A DNA stretch of 64,000 nucleotides from Bacteroidales bacterium (GCA_012744435.1 JAAYCA010000060.1:4067-68066), one strand, 5' to 3'; numbered from the stretch's first letter, positions 9,168 through 16,031 are shown. Notes: generated from the sequence alone by a model not told the origin. Numbers and translations: made by a program.

Positions 9168-10266
9168 CTTCCTCGTCGGTTTTGATGATCTGGGGACCGC
9201 GGAGCTTGTCGCCCTGCGTCAGCCCGCTCTTGATCTGGATATTGATGCCGTCGCTCAGCCCGGTCTCCACCTGCACGCGTTCGTAGCCGCCGGCAGCATT
9301 CCTGCGATACACGAAGGTGTCGTCACCGTCGAACTCCAGCGCACTCTCCGGGATCGAGAGCACCTGTTCGAGCGTCTCCAGCACGATCTCCGCATTGGCG
9401 CTGTAGCCGGAACGGATCACATGGTCGGCATTGACCTTCAGGGCCGCCTTGATCTCGAACTGCTTGGCGCCGTTGTTCTCGACCGCCTTCGGCGAAATGT
9501 ACTCCAGGGCCGCCTCGGAATGGTAGTCGGGCAGCGCGCCGATGCTGATCTGCATCGGCATGCCCTCCACGAGCGAACCCACTTCGGTCTCGTCGATGTT
9601 GCCGTCGAAGATCAGGTCGGACATGTTGGCGACGGTCGCCACCGTGGTGCCGTCGTTCATCGTGTTGGCCTGGATCACGGAGTTGCCCACCTTGACGGGA
9701 ATGTCGAGGATCAGGCCCGTGATCGTGGACCGCACGAGGGTCGAGCTGCCGGTGGTGTTGCGCGACGACACGCCGTCCCGGATGACCTCCAGGGACTCCT
9801 GCGCGGCCGCATGTTCCTCCTGGGCCTGGTTGTAGGCCTGGAGCACCTGGTCGTATTCCTCGTCGCTGACGAGCTTCTTGTCATAGAGGGCTTTCTCGCG
9901 CTCGTAGTTGGTCCGGGCCTGCTTGAGGTTGATCTCGGAGAGACGCACGCGGGACTGGGCGGAACTCAGGGAGTTCATGTCGGGAATCACGCGGAGCTTG
10001 GCGATCACCTCGCCTTCCTTGACCTGCTGGCCGGCCTCCTTGTAGAGCTCGGCGATGATGCCGTTGATCTGCGGCTTGACGTTCACCTCGTTGCGGGGCT
10101 CGATCTTGCCCGTGACCACGGTGGTGCGGCTGATGTCGGACAGGGTGGCCACCAGCTCCTGGTATTCGATCTTGTCCGGACGGGAATTCTTGTACAGGAA
10201 CACGAAGGTCCCGATAAAGATCACCGCAATCAGCGCGAAAAGGATGTACTTGAAGAATCGTTTCAT
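9157..10266 (-). CDS. Efflux periplasmic adaptor (HlyD/MacA family)
   Basis: 369 aa with an N-terminal TM anchor, a lipoyl-like segment (KEGEVIAKL), a coiled coil and a beta-barrel C-terminus. Confidence 0.9.
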   Translation of the reverse strand: MKRFFKYILFALIAVIFIGTFVFLYKNSRPDKIEYQELVATLSDISRTTVVTGKIEPRNEVNVKPQINGIIAELYKEAGQQVKEGEVIAKLRVIPDMNSLSSAQSRVRLSEINLKQARTNYEREKALYDKKLVSDEEYDQVLQAYNQAQEEHAAAQESLEVIRDGVSSRNTTGSSTLVRSTITGLILDIPVKVGNSVIQANTMNDGTTVATVANMSDLIFDGNIDETEVGSLVEGMPMQISIGALPDYHSEAALEYISPKAVENNGAKQFEIKAALKVNADHVIRSGYSANAEIVLETLEQVLSIPESALEFDGDDTFVYRRNAAGGYERVQVETGLSDGINIQIKSGLTQGDKLRGPQIIKTDEEDEA

Positions 10267-10284
10267 ATTGTTTGCTTTTACTTA

Positions 10285-11532
10285 TTATTCATCTCTCATG
10301 GCGTCCACGGGCTTGATGGCCATGGCGCGGGAAGCCGGGGCCAGGCCCGCGACCACGCCCAGCGCGGTCAGCAGCAGGGCGGCTGTCACGGCGAGCCAGA
10401 AACCGATCTGGAAGCTCGCCGGAGGATTGTCTCCGACCGTATTCACGATCGTCTCCGTCAGGCGCAGCAGCTGCACCGAGAAGACGATGCCGAAGGATCC
10501 GGCCACCAGGGTCAGGGCGATGCTCTCGAAAATGATCTGCGAGAGGATGTCGCGGGGAGTGGCGCCGATGGCGCGGCGGATGCCGATCTCGGTGGTGCGC
10601 TCCCGCACCGTGACCATCATGATATTGCTCACGCCGATGACACCTGCAAGGATCGTCCCCAGGCCGATCAGCAGGATCAGGAAGTTCACGCCCCGGAAGA
10701 GATTGTCCACCAGGGAGAAGAGCTGCTCGGTGTTGATGATCACGAGGGCTTGCTTGTCCGACGGGTCGAAAAGGTGCTGCCGGGCGAGGATCTGCCGTAT
10801 GCGCGGCTCCTGGTCCGACATCCTCACGCCCGACTTGCCGGTCACGCATACCAGGTCCACGACCGAACCGCGGTTGTAGATCTTCTGGGCCACCGGAAGC
10901 GGCACGCTCACGGTCTGGTCGGCGCGGCCGTTGATGCTGATGTTGCCGCTGCTGTAATCCACGCCCACGATCTGATAGAAGACGGGGCCCACCTGGATGA
11001 ATTCCCCGCAGGGATCGCCCCCGTCGGGGAACAGTTCCTTGTAGATGCGCCGGCCGATCACGCAGACCTTCCGCTCCTGCAAGATGTCGGTCTCATTGAG
11101 GTAGCGGCCGTATTTGATCCGGGGTTCCTCGATCTTGCCATAATCCGCCTGGATGCCCTTGACGCTGCCGCTGGCGGTGTTGGAGCCGCGAACGATCTGT
11201 CCGCCCCAGGAGGCGATGACCGGCGTGACGGTCTCCAGATCCGGCATCATCTGCCGCAGACGTTCGACGTCGGTGTAGGTAAGGTTCCAGTAGCGGCCTT
11301 CCTTGAAGCCTTTCCACGGTTCGCTGGTCTGCGAGGAGACCATGATGCAGGTGTTCGTCGCGAAACCCTCGAAGTTGGAGGTAATCATCTGCTTGAGCCC
11401 CTCTCCGCCGCCCATCATGAAGAGCAGCATGAACACGCCCCAGAACACGCCGAAGCCGGTGAGCAGGCTCCTGCTCTTGTTGCGGACCAGCGAATCCGCA
11501 ATCTCCCGGAAACTGTCTATATCGAGTCTCAT
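10285..11532 (-). CDS. ABC transporter permease, MacB/FtsX type (permease 2)
   Basis: 415 aa from MRLDIDSFREIADSLVRNKSRSLLTGFGVFWGVFML. The ATG overlaps the stop of the upstream permease (ATGA). A C-terminal FtsX motif is present (RERTTEIGIRRAIGATPRDIL). The 574-aa track ORF over-extends the N-terminus. Confidence 0.85.
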   Translation of the reverse strand: MRLDIDSFREIADSLVRNKSRSLLTGFGVFWGVFMLLFMMGGGEGLKQMITSNFEGFATNTCIMVSSQTSEPWKGFKEGRYWNLTYTDVERLRQMMPDLETVTPVIASWGGQIVRGSNTASGSVKGIQADYGKIEEPRIKYGRYLNETDILQERKVCVIGRRIYKELFPDGGDPCGEFIQVGPVFYQIVGVDYSSGNISINGRADQTVSVPLPVAQKIYNRGSVVDLVCVTGKSGVRMSDQEPRIRQILARQHLFDPSDKQALVIINTEQLFSLVDNLFRGVNFLILLIGLGTILAGVIGVSNIMMVTVRERTTEIGIRRAIGATPRDILSQIIFESIALTLVAGSFGIVFSVQLLRLTETIVNTVGDNPPASFQIGFWLAVTAALLLTALGVVAGLAPASRAMAIKPVDAMRDE

Positions 11533-12854
11533 TCTGCGCGGAGGGCTTCTATGGGTCTGACTTGAGCCGCCTTGCGGGCCGGGAACAAACCGGCCAGCGT
11601 GCCGGCGATGATGAGCACGAGCGTGGCTTCGACCGCCACGTCCAGTCCGACGGTGGGATTGACGAACATCGCGACCTGCGTGTCCATGATCGATACGGAG
11701 GATTGCCCCACCGTTTTGTCCAGGACCTGGCAGGCAATCATGCCGAGCAGCATCCCCACGTAGCCGAAGAAGGCCGTGATCGTGACGCTCTCCGCGAGGA
11801 TCAGTTTCATCACGCTCCAGGGATTGGCGCCGATCGCCTTGCGGATGCCGAATTCGTGCGTGCGCTCCTTGACGGTGATGAGCATGATGTTGGACACGCC
11901 CACGATGCCGCCGAGCAGGGTGAACAGGCCGATGACCCAGAGGGCCGTGCTGAGGATGTTGCGACCCTTGTTCATCTGGAGGTTCTGCATGAAGCGGTTC
12001 CAGATCCACACGGCGCGCGTGTCATCCGGTGCGGCGCGGTGCCGCAGGTTCACCGCCGTGCGGTACTGCTCCTCGAAGGCTTCATTCTCCTTCTCGGAAT
12101 TGAGACCATGGAAGGTGAAGGTGATGTCGTCCACGGTGCGCCCCTTCGCATAGATGGTCCGGATCGTCGTGTAGGGAGCATAGACGGTGTTGCTGTTGGT
12201 CGCGTCATTGGATTTGGCGATGCCGACCACCCGGTAGGAAATGCTGCCGATCTTGATATACTTACCGACCAGGTCCTGCACGTGGACCTTCTTGCCGGAG
12301 TTGGCATCCAGCTTCACGCCCGGGAAACGGGCGCCTGTGTCCCGGATATCATTCCCGAGCAGCGTCTCGGCCTGGTCCTGCGGCAGGACCACCACCTTGC
12401 GCCGGTCACGGATGTCCTTCTCGTTGAGGAAACGGCCGTAGAGGATCTCGATCTTGTCCATCTGCTGACGGGCGGGGAAATTCCCTTCGATGCTGCCGGA
12501 GAAGTATTTCCTGCCATAGCTGACCGTCTCGCTCGTGCTGACCGAGGAAATCACCTGGTCCACGTGGGCGGAGAAAAGATCGCTGCCCGTCAGGGCCACG
12601 TCACGGTCGTCCAGCTCGATGGCCCGGCCTTCCTCGAGGCCGTCGTAAGGCTTGGAGGTCCTGCCGCCGCCGACCTGCATCACATTGGTGGAGATGCCTT
12701 CTCCACCGATCAGGAAAGCGTTCATCAGGCCATTGCCCGCGCCCAAAAGGACGATGAGCATGAAGATGCCCCACGACACCGCAAAGCCGGTGAGGCAGGT
12801 GCGGAGCTTGTTGCGCCGGATGCTTTCCCAGATTTCAGTGAAGACGTCTCTCAT
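11529..12854 (-). CDS. ABC transporter permease, MacB/FtsX type (permease 1)
   Basis: 441 aa starting MRDVFTEIWESIRRNKLRTCLTGFAVSWGIFML. It has a periplasmic domain followed by an FtsX block (KERTHEFGIRKAIGANPWSVM). Confidence 0.9.
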   Translation of the reverse strand: MRDVFTEIWESIRRNKLRTCLTGFAVSWGIFMLIVLLGAGNGLMNAFLIGGEGISTNVMQVGGGRTSKPYDGLEEGRAIELDDRDVALTGSDLFSAHVDQVISSVSTSETVSYGRKYFSGSIEGNFPARQQMDKIEILYGRFLNEKDIRDRRKVVVLPQDQAETLLGNDIRDTGARFPGVKLDANSGKKVHVQDLVGKYIKIGSISYRVVGIAKSNDATNSNTVYAPYTTIRTIYAKGRTVDDITFTFHGLNSEKENEAFEEQYRTAVNLRHRAAPDDTRAVWIWNRFMQNLQMNKGRNILSTALWVIGLFTLLGGIVGVSNIMLITVKERTHEFGIRKAIGANPWSVMKLILAESVTITAFFGYVGMLLGMIACQVLDKTVGQSSVSIMDTQVAMFVNPTVGLDVAVEATLVLIIAGTLAGLFPARKAAQVRPIEALRAE

Positions 12855-13573
12855 TTCATGACGGTGCTGGTGCCGAACGCCGAAGCCCGGTGTTCGCGGT
12901 TCTCTTCGATCTGTCCGATGAGACCATCCTTGATATGGATGATCTTGTTGGTCGCATTGGCGACGCCGCTTTCATGGGTCACGACGATGATCGTCATGCC
13001 GTCCTCGCGGTTGAGCTGCTGGAGCAGCTCCATGATCTCGACCGAGGTCTTCGAGTCCAGCGCACCCGTCGGCTCGTCCGCCAGGACGATCTGCGGCCGG
13101 GTGATCAGCGCCCGGGCGATGGCCACCCGCTGCTTCTGGCCGCCCGACATCTCGTTCGGATAGTGCTTCGCCCAGTCGGCGAGCCCGAGCCGGTCGAGGT
13201 AATCCATCGCCATCTGGTGGCGCTTCCTGCGCGCGACTCCCTGATAGAAAAGGGGCAGTTCCACGTTCTCGACGGCCGTCTTGAAGCCGATGAGGTTGTA
13301 GGACTGGAAGATGAAGCCGATCATGCGGTTGCGGTAGTCGGCGGCCTGTTTCTCGGTAAGGTTCTTGATCAGCCGCCCGTCGATGCGGTACTCGCCGGTG
13401 TCGTAGTTGTCCAGGATGCCCAGGATATTGAGCAGCGTGGACTTTCCGGAACCGGAAGCTCCCATGATGGAGACGAATTCGCCCCGGTCGATTTCGAGGT
13501 TGATTCCCTTCAGCACGTGCAGGGGCTGGCCGTTGTTGTATGTCTTGTTGACGTCTTGGAGTTCGATGAGCAT
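12851..13573 (-). CDS. ABC transporter ATP-binding protein (MacB/LolD-like ATPase)
   Basis: Contains Walker A GASGSGKST, the signature MSGGQKQRVAIARA and Walker B IVLADEPT. The start is taken at MLIELQDVNKTY (13573). Confidence 0.9.
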   Translation of the reverse strand: MLIELQDVNKTYNNGQPLHVLKGINLEIDRGEFVSIMGASGSGKSTLLNILGILDNYDTGEYRIDGRLIKNLTEKQAADYRNRMIGFIFQSYNLIGFKTAVENVELPLFYQGVARRKRHQMAMDYLDRLGLADWAKHYPNEMSGGQKQRVAIARALITRPQIVLADEPTGALDSKTSVEIMELLQQLNREDGMTIIVVTHESGVANATNKIIHIKDGLIGQIEENREHRASAFGTSTVMK

Positions 13574-13600
13574 ATAGTGTCCTATTGAACTATTACACTG

Positions 13601-13640
13601 CAAAGGTACATATCTTTTTTATATCTGCAAGTTTTTTTGC
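13601..13640 (-). promoter_or_regulatory. Bacteroidota sigmaA-type promoter candidate for efflux operon 1
   Basis: The minus strand has TAccTTTG (+ strand caaaggta at 13601-13608) about 28 nt upstream of the ATG. A TTG lies about 19 nt further upstream. Confidence 0.4.
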
Positions 13641-13700
13641 AAAAATCTTTCCCACTCCCCCACGAGGCCACCGGGTTGCCTGCGGCACTGCCTGTCGAGC
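13640..13700. repeat. Decayed, internally deleted copy of the palindromic element (copy C)
   Basis: The + strand tcccact..cccc.acgaggcca..ccgggttgcctgcggcactgcctg matches blocks of copy A (tcccact, acgaggcca, cgggtttgccggcagcactgcctg) in the same order. The left arm is not recognisable. Confidence 0.4.
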
Positions 13701-13860
13701 AACAAAGGTAATACAATTTTATTGTTTTACAATAATTAAATACTGATTTTTGAAAATAATTTATCCTTTGTCAAAGCCCACCTCCAGCATCCTCGCGTTA
13801 TCTTCCTGCCACACAACCTACTACAAGACGCACGGGGACCGCTTCTGTTAATCGCTGCAA

Positions 13861-13898
13861 TGCTATAACGCAAACGCTCCCCGAAAGGTTGGAAAAAA
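13861..13898 (-). promoter_or_regulatory. Second ECF-type promoter motif, upstream of efflux operon 1
   Basis: The minus strand reads TTTTTTCCAACCTTTCGGggagcgTTTGCGTTATAGC. Apart from the 6-nt gap and one base in the 5' T-run it matches 3801-3838. It lies immediately downstream of a terminator hairpin and about 290 nt upstream of the ATPase ATG. Confidence 0.45.
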
Positions 13899-13928
13899 CA
13901 AAAAAGACAGCACCTTTCAGCACTGTCT
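13893..13928 (-). terminator. Intrinsic terminator after the small membrane protein gene
   Basis: The minus-strand RNA is gacagugc-ugaaag-gugcuguc (8 bp including 2 G-U pairs), followed by UUUUUGUUUUUU. Confidence 0.55.
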
Positions 13929-13951
13929 ATTTGTACGGGGGGATGTGTTTC

Positions 13952-14128
13952 CTAAATCTTGTGGCGGATCAGGAAATAGTACACCAGGAATCCGACCCAG
14001 CTGAATGCCACGACGGCAATCGAGAGGAGGACCTTGAAGAGGGGTTCGATTTTGTTGTGCTTGAAGATGTCGAGCACGCACCATACGGCAGCGACGATGC
14101 CAAGGATGTAAACAAGGGTTCCGATCAT
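13952..14128 (-). CDS. 58-aa membrane protein, PLD-nuclease-N-terminal-like (PLDc_N) family; absent from the ORF track because it is shorter than 60 aa
   Basis: My own translation gives MIGTLVYILGIVAAVWCVLDIFKHNKIEPLFKVLLSIAVVAFSWVGFLVYYFLIRHKI. It has two TM helices and the ..WC.LD.. and ..W..P.GF..Y motifs typical of this small-protein family. A terminator follows. Confidence 0.6.
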   Translation of the reverse strand: MIGTLVYILGIVAAVWCVLDIFKHNKIEPLFKVLLSIAVVAFSWVGFLVYYFLIRHKI

Positions 14129-14140
14129 AATAGTATTGAA

Positions 14141-14887
14141 TTAAAGGTTTGGTTTTCTTGAGAACTCACAGCCGCACCAGGTCTGGTTGTAGAACCCCTG
14201 CTCCCGGATCACCTCGTTCCTCCGCTCCTGCAGCCCGCCTTTCCGCCAGTTCTGTGGCCAAAAGAGTACTGCCGTGGTCACTGCCCGGGGGCTGGTATTC
14301 AAGTCGGAAAAACCGTGGCCGCCCGTGGCCTCGTGAACGGGGGGGACCCGCTGCGAAGCAGTGGGGGGGATGAGCGAAGCGAAGTTTTGCCGACCTGCAA
14401 TACCAGCCCCGGCAGAAAAGCAGCCGGACGTTTCAGGAGGCAGTTCGCCGCTCCTGCTGCAGGCGATCTCCCCGGCGGCATTGACCTGGTCGAGATCCTT
14501 CCAGCGGGAAGAGGCGAGGGTGGTGGCGAGGACCGGAAGGCCGCGGGCCGCGGCATATCGGGCGGCGCGGCCGAGCCGGAAACGGAAACAGGCCGCGCAG
14601 CGGCCGCCGCGCTCGGGCTCGTCCTCCAGTCCGCGGACCGCATCCAGCCAGGCGTCGTGGTCGTATTCGTCTGCCACGAGCTCGACGCCCATCACCCCGG
14701 CATAGCGCCGCAGCTCCGCCAGGCGCAGGTCATACTCCGCGCGCGGAGTGATATTGGAATTGCTGAAGAACACCACCGGCCGGATCCCATTGTCCCGCAG
14801 GCATTCCAGGATGGCCCCGGAACATGGCGCGCAGCAGGCGTGGAGCAAGATTTCCCGGGCCCCGCCCGGTGTTTCGACCTTCAGCAT
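14141..14887 (-). CDS. queH: Epoxyqueuosine reductase QueH (DUF208), carrying an in-frame repeat insertion
   Basis: 248 aa with LLHACCAPCSG near the N-terminus, RCAACFRFRL, and a C-terminal FYNQTWCGCEFS (the conserved Cys-rich QueH blocks). An extra segment is encoded by 14281-14415. Confidence 0.85.
   Translation of the reverse strand: MLKVETPGGAREILLHACCAPCSGAILECLRDNGIRPVVFFSNSNITPRAEYDLRLAELRRYAGVMGVELVADEYDHDAWLDAVRGLEDEPERGGRCAACFRFRLGRAARYAAARGLPVLATTLASSRWKDLDQVNAAGEIACSRSGELPPETSGCFSAGAGIAGRQNFASLIPPTASQRVPPVHEATGGHGFSDLNTSPRAVTTAVLFWPQNWRKGGLQERRNEVIREQGFYNQTWCGCEFSRKPNL
14281..14415. repeat. MITE-like palindromic element, copy B, in frame inside queH
   Basis: 135 bp (45 codons). 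The arms 14281-14313 (ctgcccgggggctggtattcaagtcggaaaaac) and 14384-14415 (gttttgccgacctgcaataccagccccggcag) are inverted repeats. The core ccgtggccgcccgtggcctcgtgaacgggggggacccgctgcgaagcagtgggggggatgagcgaagcgaag matches the reverse complement of copy A. Confidence 0.7.
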
Positions 14888-14890
14888 GGA

Positions 14891-15835
14891 TTATTCGATG
14901 GAATTGATGTCGATCAGGTTGTTGAGGATGGCATATACCGTCAGGCCGGGCACCGTCTTGATCCCCGTCTTGCGGGTGATGTTCTTGCGGTGCGTGATCA
15001 CCGTGTTGATCGAGATGTTGTGCTTGTCTGCGATTTCTTTGTTGAGCAGCCCCTGCGCCACGCTCACGAGGATTTCCTTCTCCCGTCCGGTCAGCTCCTG
15101 GCGCTCCGGAGCCGGCTCGTCCTGCACGCGGGGACGCTCCCGGTAGCGCTGCGGATTCTCGAGCAGCCGCACCATCGGCACCAGGATGTTGTCCTCGATA
15201 TAGGTATGGCAGCGCAAGTCTTCCTGCAGCACGAAAGCATGCAGCAGCAGCTCCACCCGCACCCGCCTGTCGCACACCGGCGGGAGGGACTTCATCACCA
15301 GATTCTTGAAATCGTTCAGCTTCTCGTCGATGTTGGAATGGTTTTCCTCGAAACGGTCGATGCTGAAACCGCTGCGCCTCCGCCCGATGATCAGGTCCTG
15401 CACATAGGGGATGACCTCCTGCTCCTCGAAACCGAAATGGTTCTCCAATTCTACTTTATAGCCCCGGAAGAACTCCCAGACCACTTTCTTCTGCGGCGGC
15501 GAACAAGGCCCCAGCAACTGGCAGACCGCCGACTCCATCTCCACCATGGCCCGGTTCAGATAATAATCGTGCGAATGATGGAGGTAGCGCAGGATATCCC
15601 CCACGTGGCTGCGGCGCAGCTGCTCCATCGTCGGTTTGAAATCCGGGTAGGTGTACACCTCGCACAGCAGGATCACCGTATCGGGGTCCAGCCCGCAGCT
15701 GCCGCACAGCTCCCCCACCGTCTTCTCGCCGAAATTGATGTCGATTCCCAGACGCGACAGCACGCCGAGCAAACGGTAGTTGGACTCGACGAGATCCGCC
15801 ACTTTCATGTCGCTGGTAAACTGGCTCATATGCAT
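14891..15835 (-). CDS. Transcriptional regulator: ScdA-N/hemerythrin-like (RIC-type di-iron) sensor domain fused to a LuxR/FixJ-type HTH
   Basis: 314 aa. The N-terminus KVADLVESNYRLLGVLSRLGIDINFGEKTVGELC resembles ScdA_N/DUF542. His/Glu-rich helices follow (LRYLHHSHDYY, ENHFGFEEQEVIPYV, EENHSNIDEKL). The C-terminus LTGREKEILVSVAQGLLNKEIADKHNISINTVITHRKNI is a LuxR HTH. Confidence 0.8.
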   Translation of the reverse strand: MHMSQFTSDMKVADLVESNYRLLGVLSRLGIDINFGEKTVGELCGSCGLDPDTVILLCEVYTYPDFKPTMEQLRRSHVGDILRYLHHSHDYYLNRAMVEMESAVCQLLGPCSPPQKKVVWEFFRGYKVELENHFGFEEQEVIPYVQDLIIGRRRSGFSIDRFEENHSNIDEKLNDFKNLVMKSLPPVCDRRVRVELLLHAFVLQEDLRCHTYIEDNILVPMVRLLENPQRYRERPRVQDEPAPERQELTGREKEILVSVAQGLLNKEIADKHNISINTVITHRKNITRKTGIKTVPGLTVYAILNNLIDINSIE

Positions 15836-15900
15836 ACAAAAATAACAAAAATTTTGCGTTTGTCAGAATTATCCCTATTTTTGCAGTCCCAAACCCATAT

Positions 15901-15984
15901 GCGGCAGTGGTGAAATGGTAGACACGCTACTTTGAGGGGGTAGTGGGCGTTTGGCCTGTGTGAGTTCGAGTCTCACCTGCCGCA
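15901..15984 (+). tRNA. tRNA-Leu (anticodon GAG), type II with long variable arm
   Basis: Folded by hand. Acceptor GCGGCAG/CTGCCGC, D arm GTG..CAC, anticodon stem CTACT/GGTAG with loop TTGAGGG (GAG), long variable arm, T arm GTGAG-TTCGAGT-CTCAC, discriminator A. A TAttTTTG -7 box lies about 20 nt upstream. Confidence 0.9.
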
Positions 15985-15990
15985 CCGGAA

Positions 15991-16017
15991 ACAGTCTCTT
16001 CGGAGACTGTTTTTTTA
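15991..16017 (+). terminator. Intrinsic terminator after tRNA-Leu
   Basis: Perfect 8-bp stem acagtctc-ttcg-gagactgt, followed by T7. Confidence 0.7.
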
Positions 16018-16031
16018 TGCCCTGTACCCGG

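Noticed and set aside
9076-11565. Very long + strand ORF (829 aa). Similar giants in the track are 16042-18240 (732 aa), 33926-37099 (1057 aa), 22429-24390 (653 aa), 37249-39054, 39157-40929, 59060-60760 and 61285-63084.
   Set aside because: Each lies exactly antisense to a gene with a clear family identity (MacB permeases, FeoB, SusC, the flippase, and others). Their products are low-complexity and rich in Arg, Gly, Asp, His and Ala, and have no recognisable motifs. Stop-poor antisense frames are expected in GC-rich DNA.
13889-14161. 90-aa + strand ORF
   Set aside because: It is antisense to the better-supported 58-aa two-TM protein gene (13952-14128), which has a terminator. The sequence has no recognisable motifs.
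14365-14388. Hammerhead-ribozyme-like string in the repeat core (GGGAUGAG-C-GAA-G-CGAAG resembles CUGAUGAG-stemII-CGAAA)
   Set aside because: The essential C3 and U4 are replaced by G and G. Stem II would be only 2 bp. Position 15.1 is G rather than A. No cleavage-site helix is apparent. I judge the resemblance to be coincidental.
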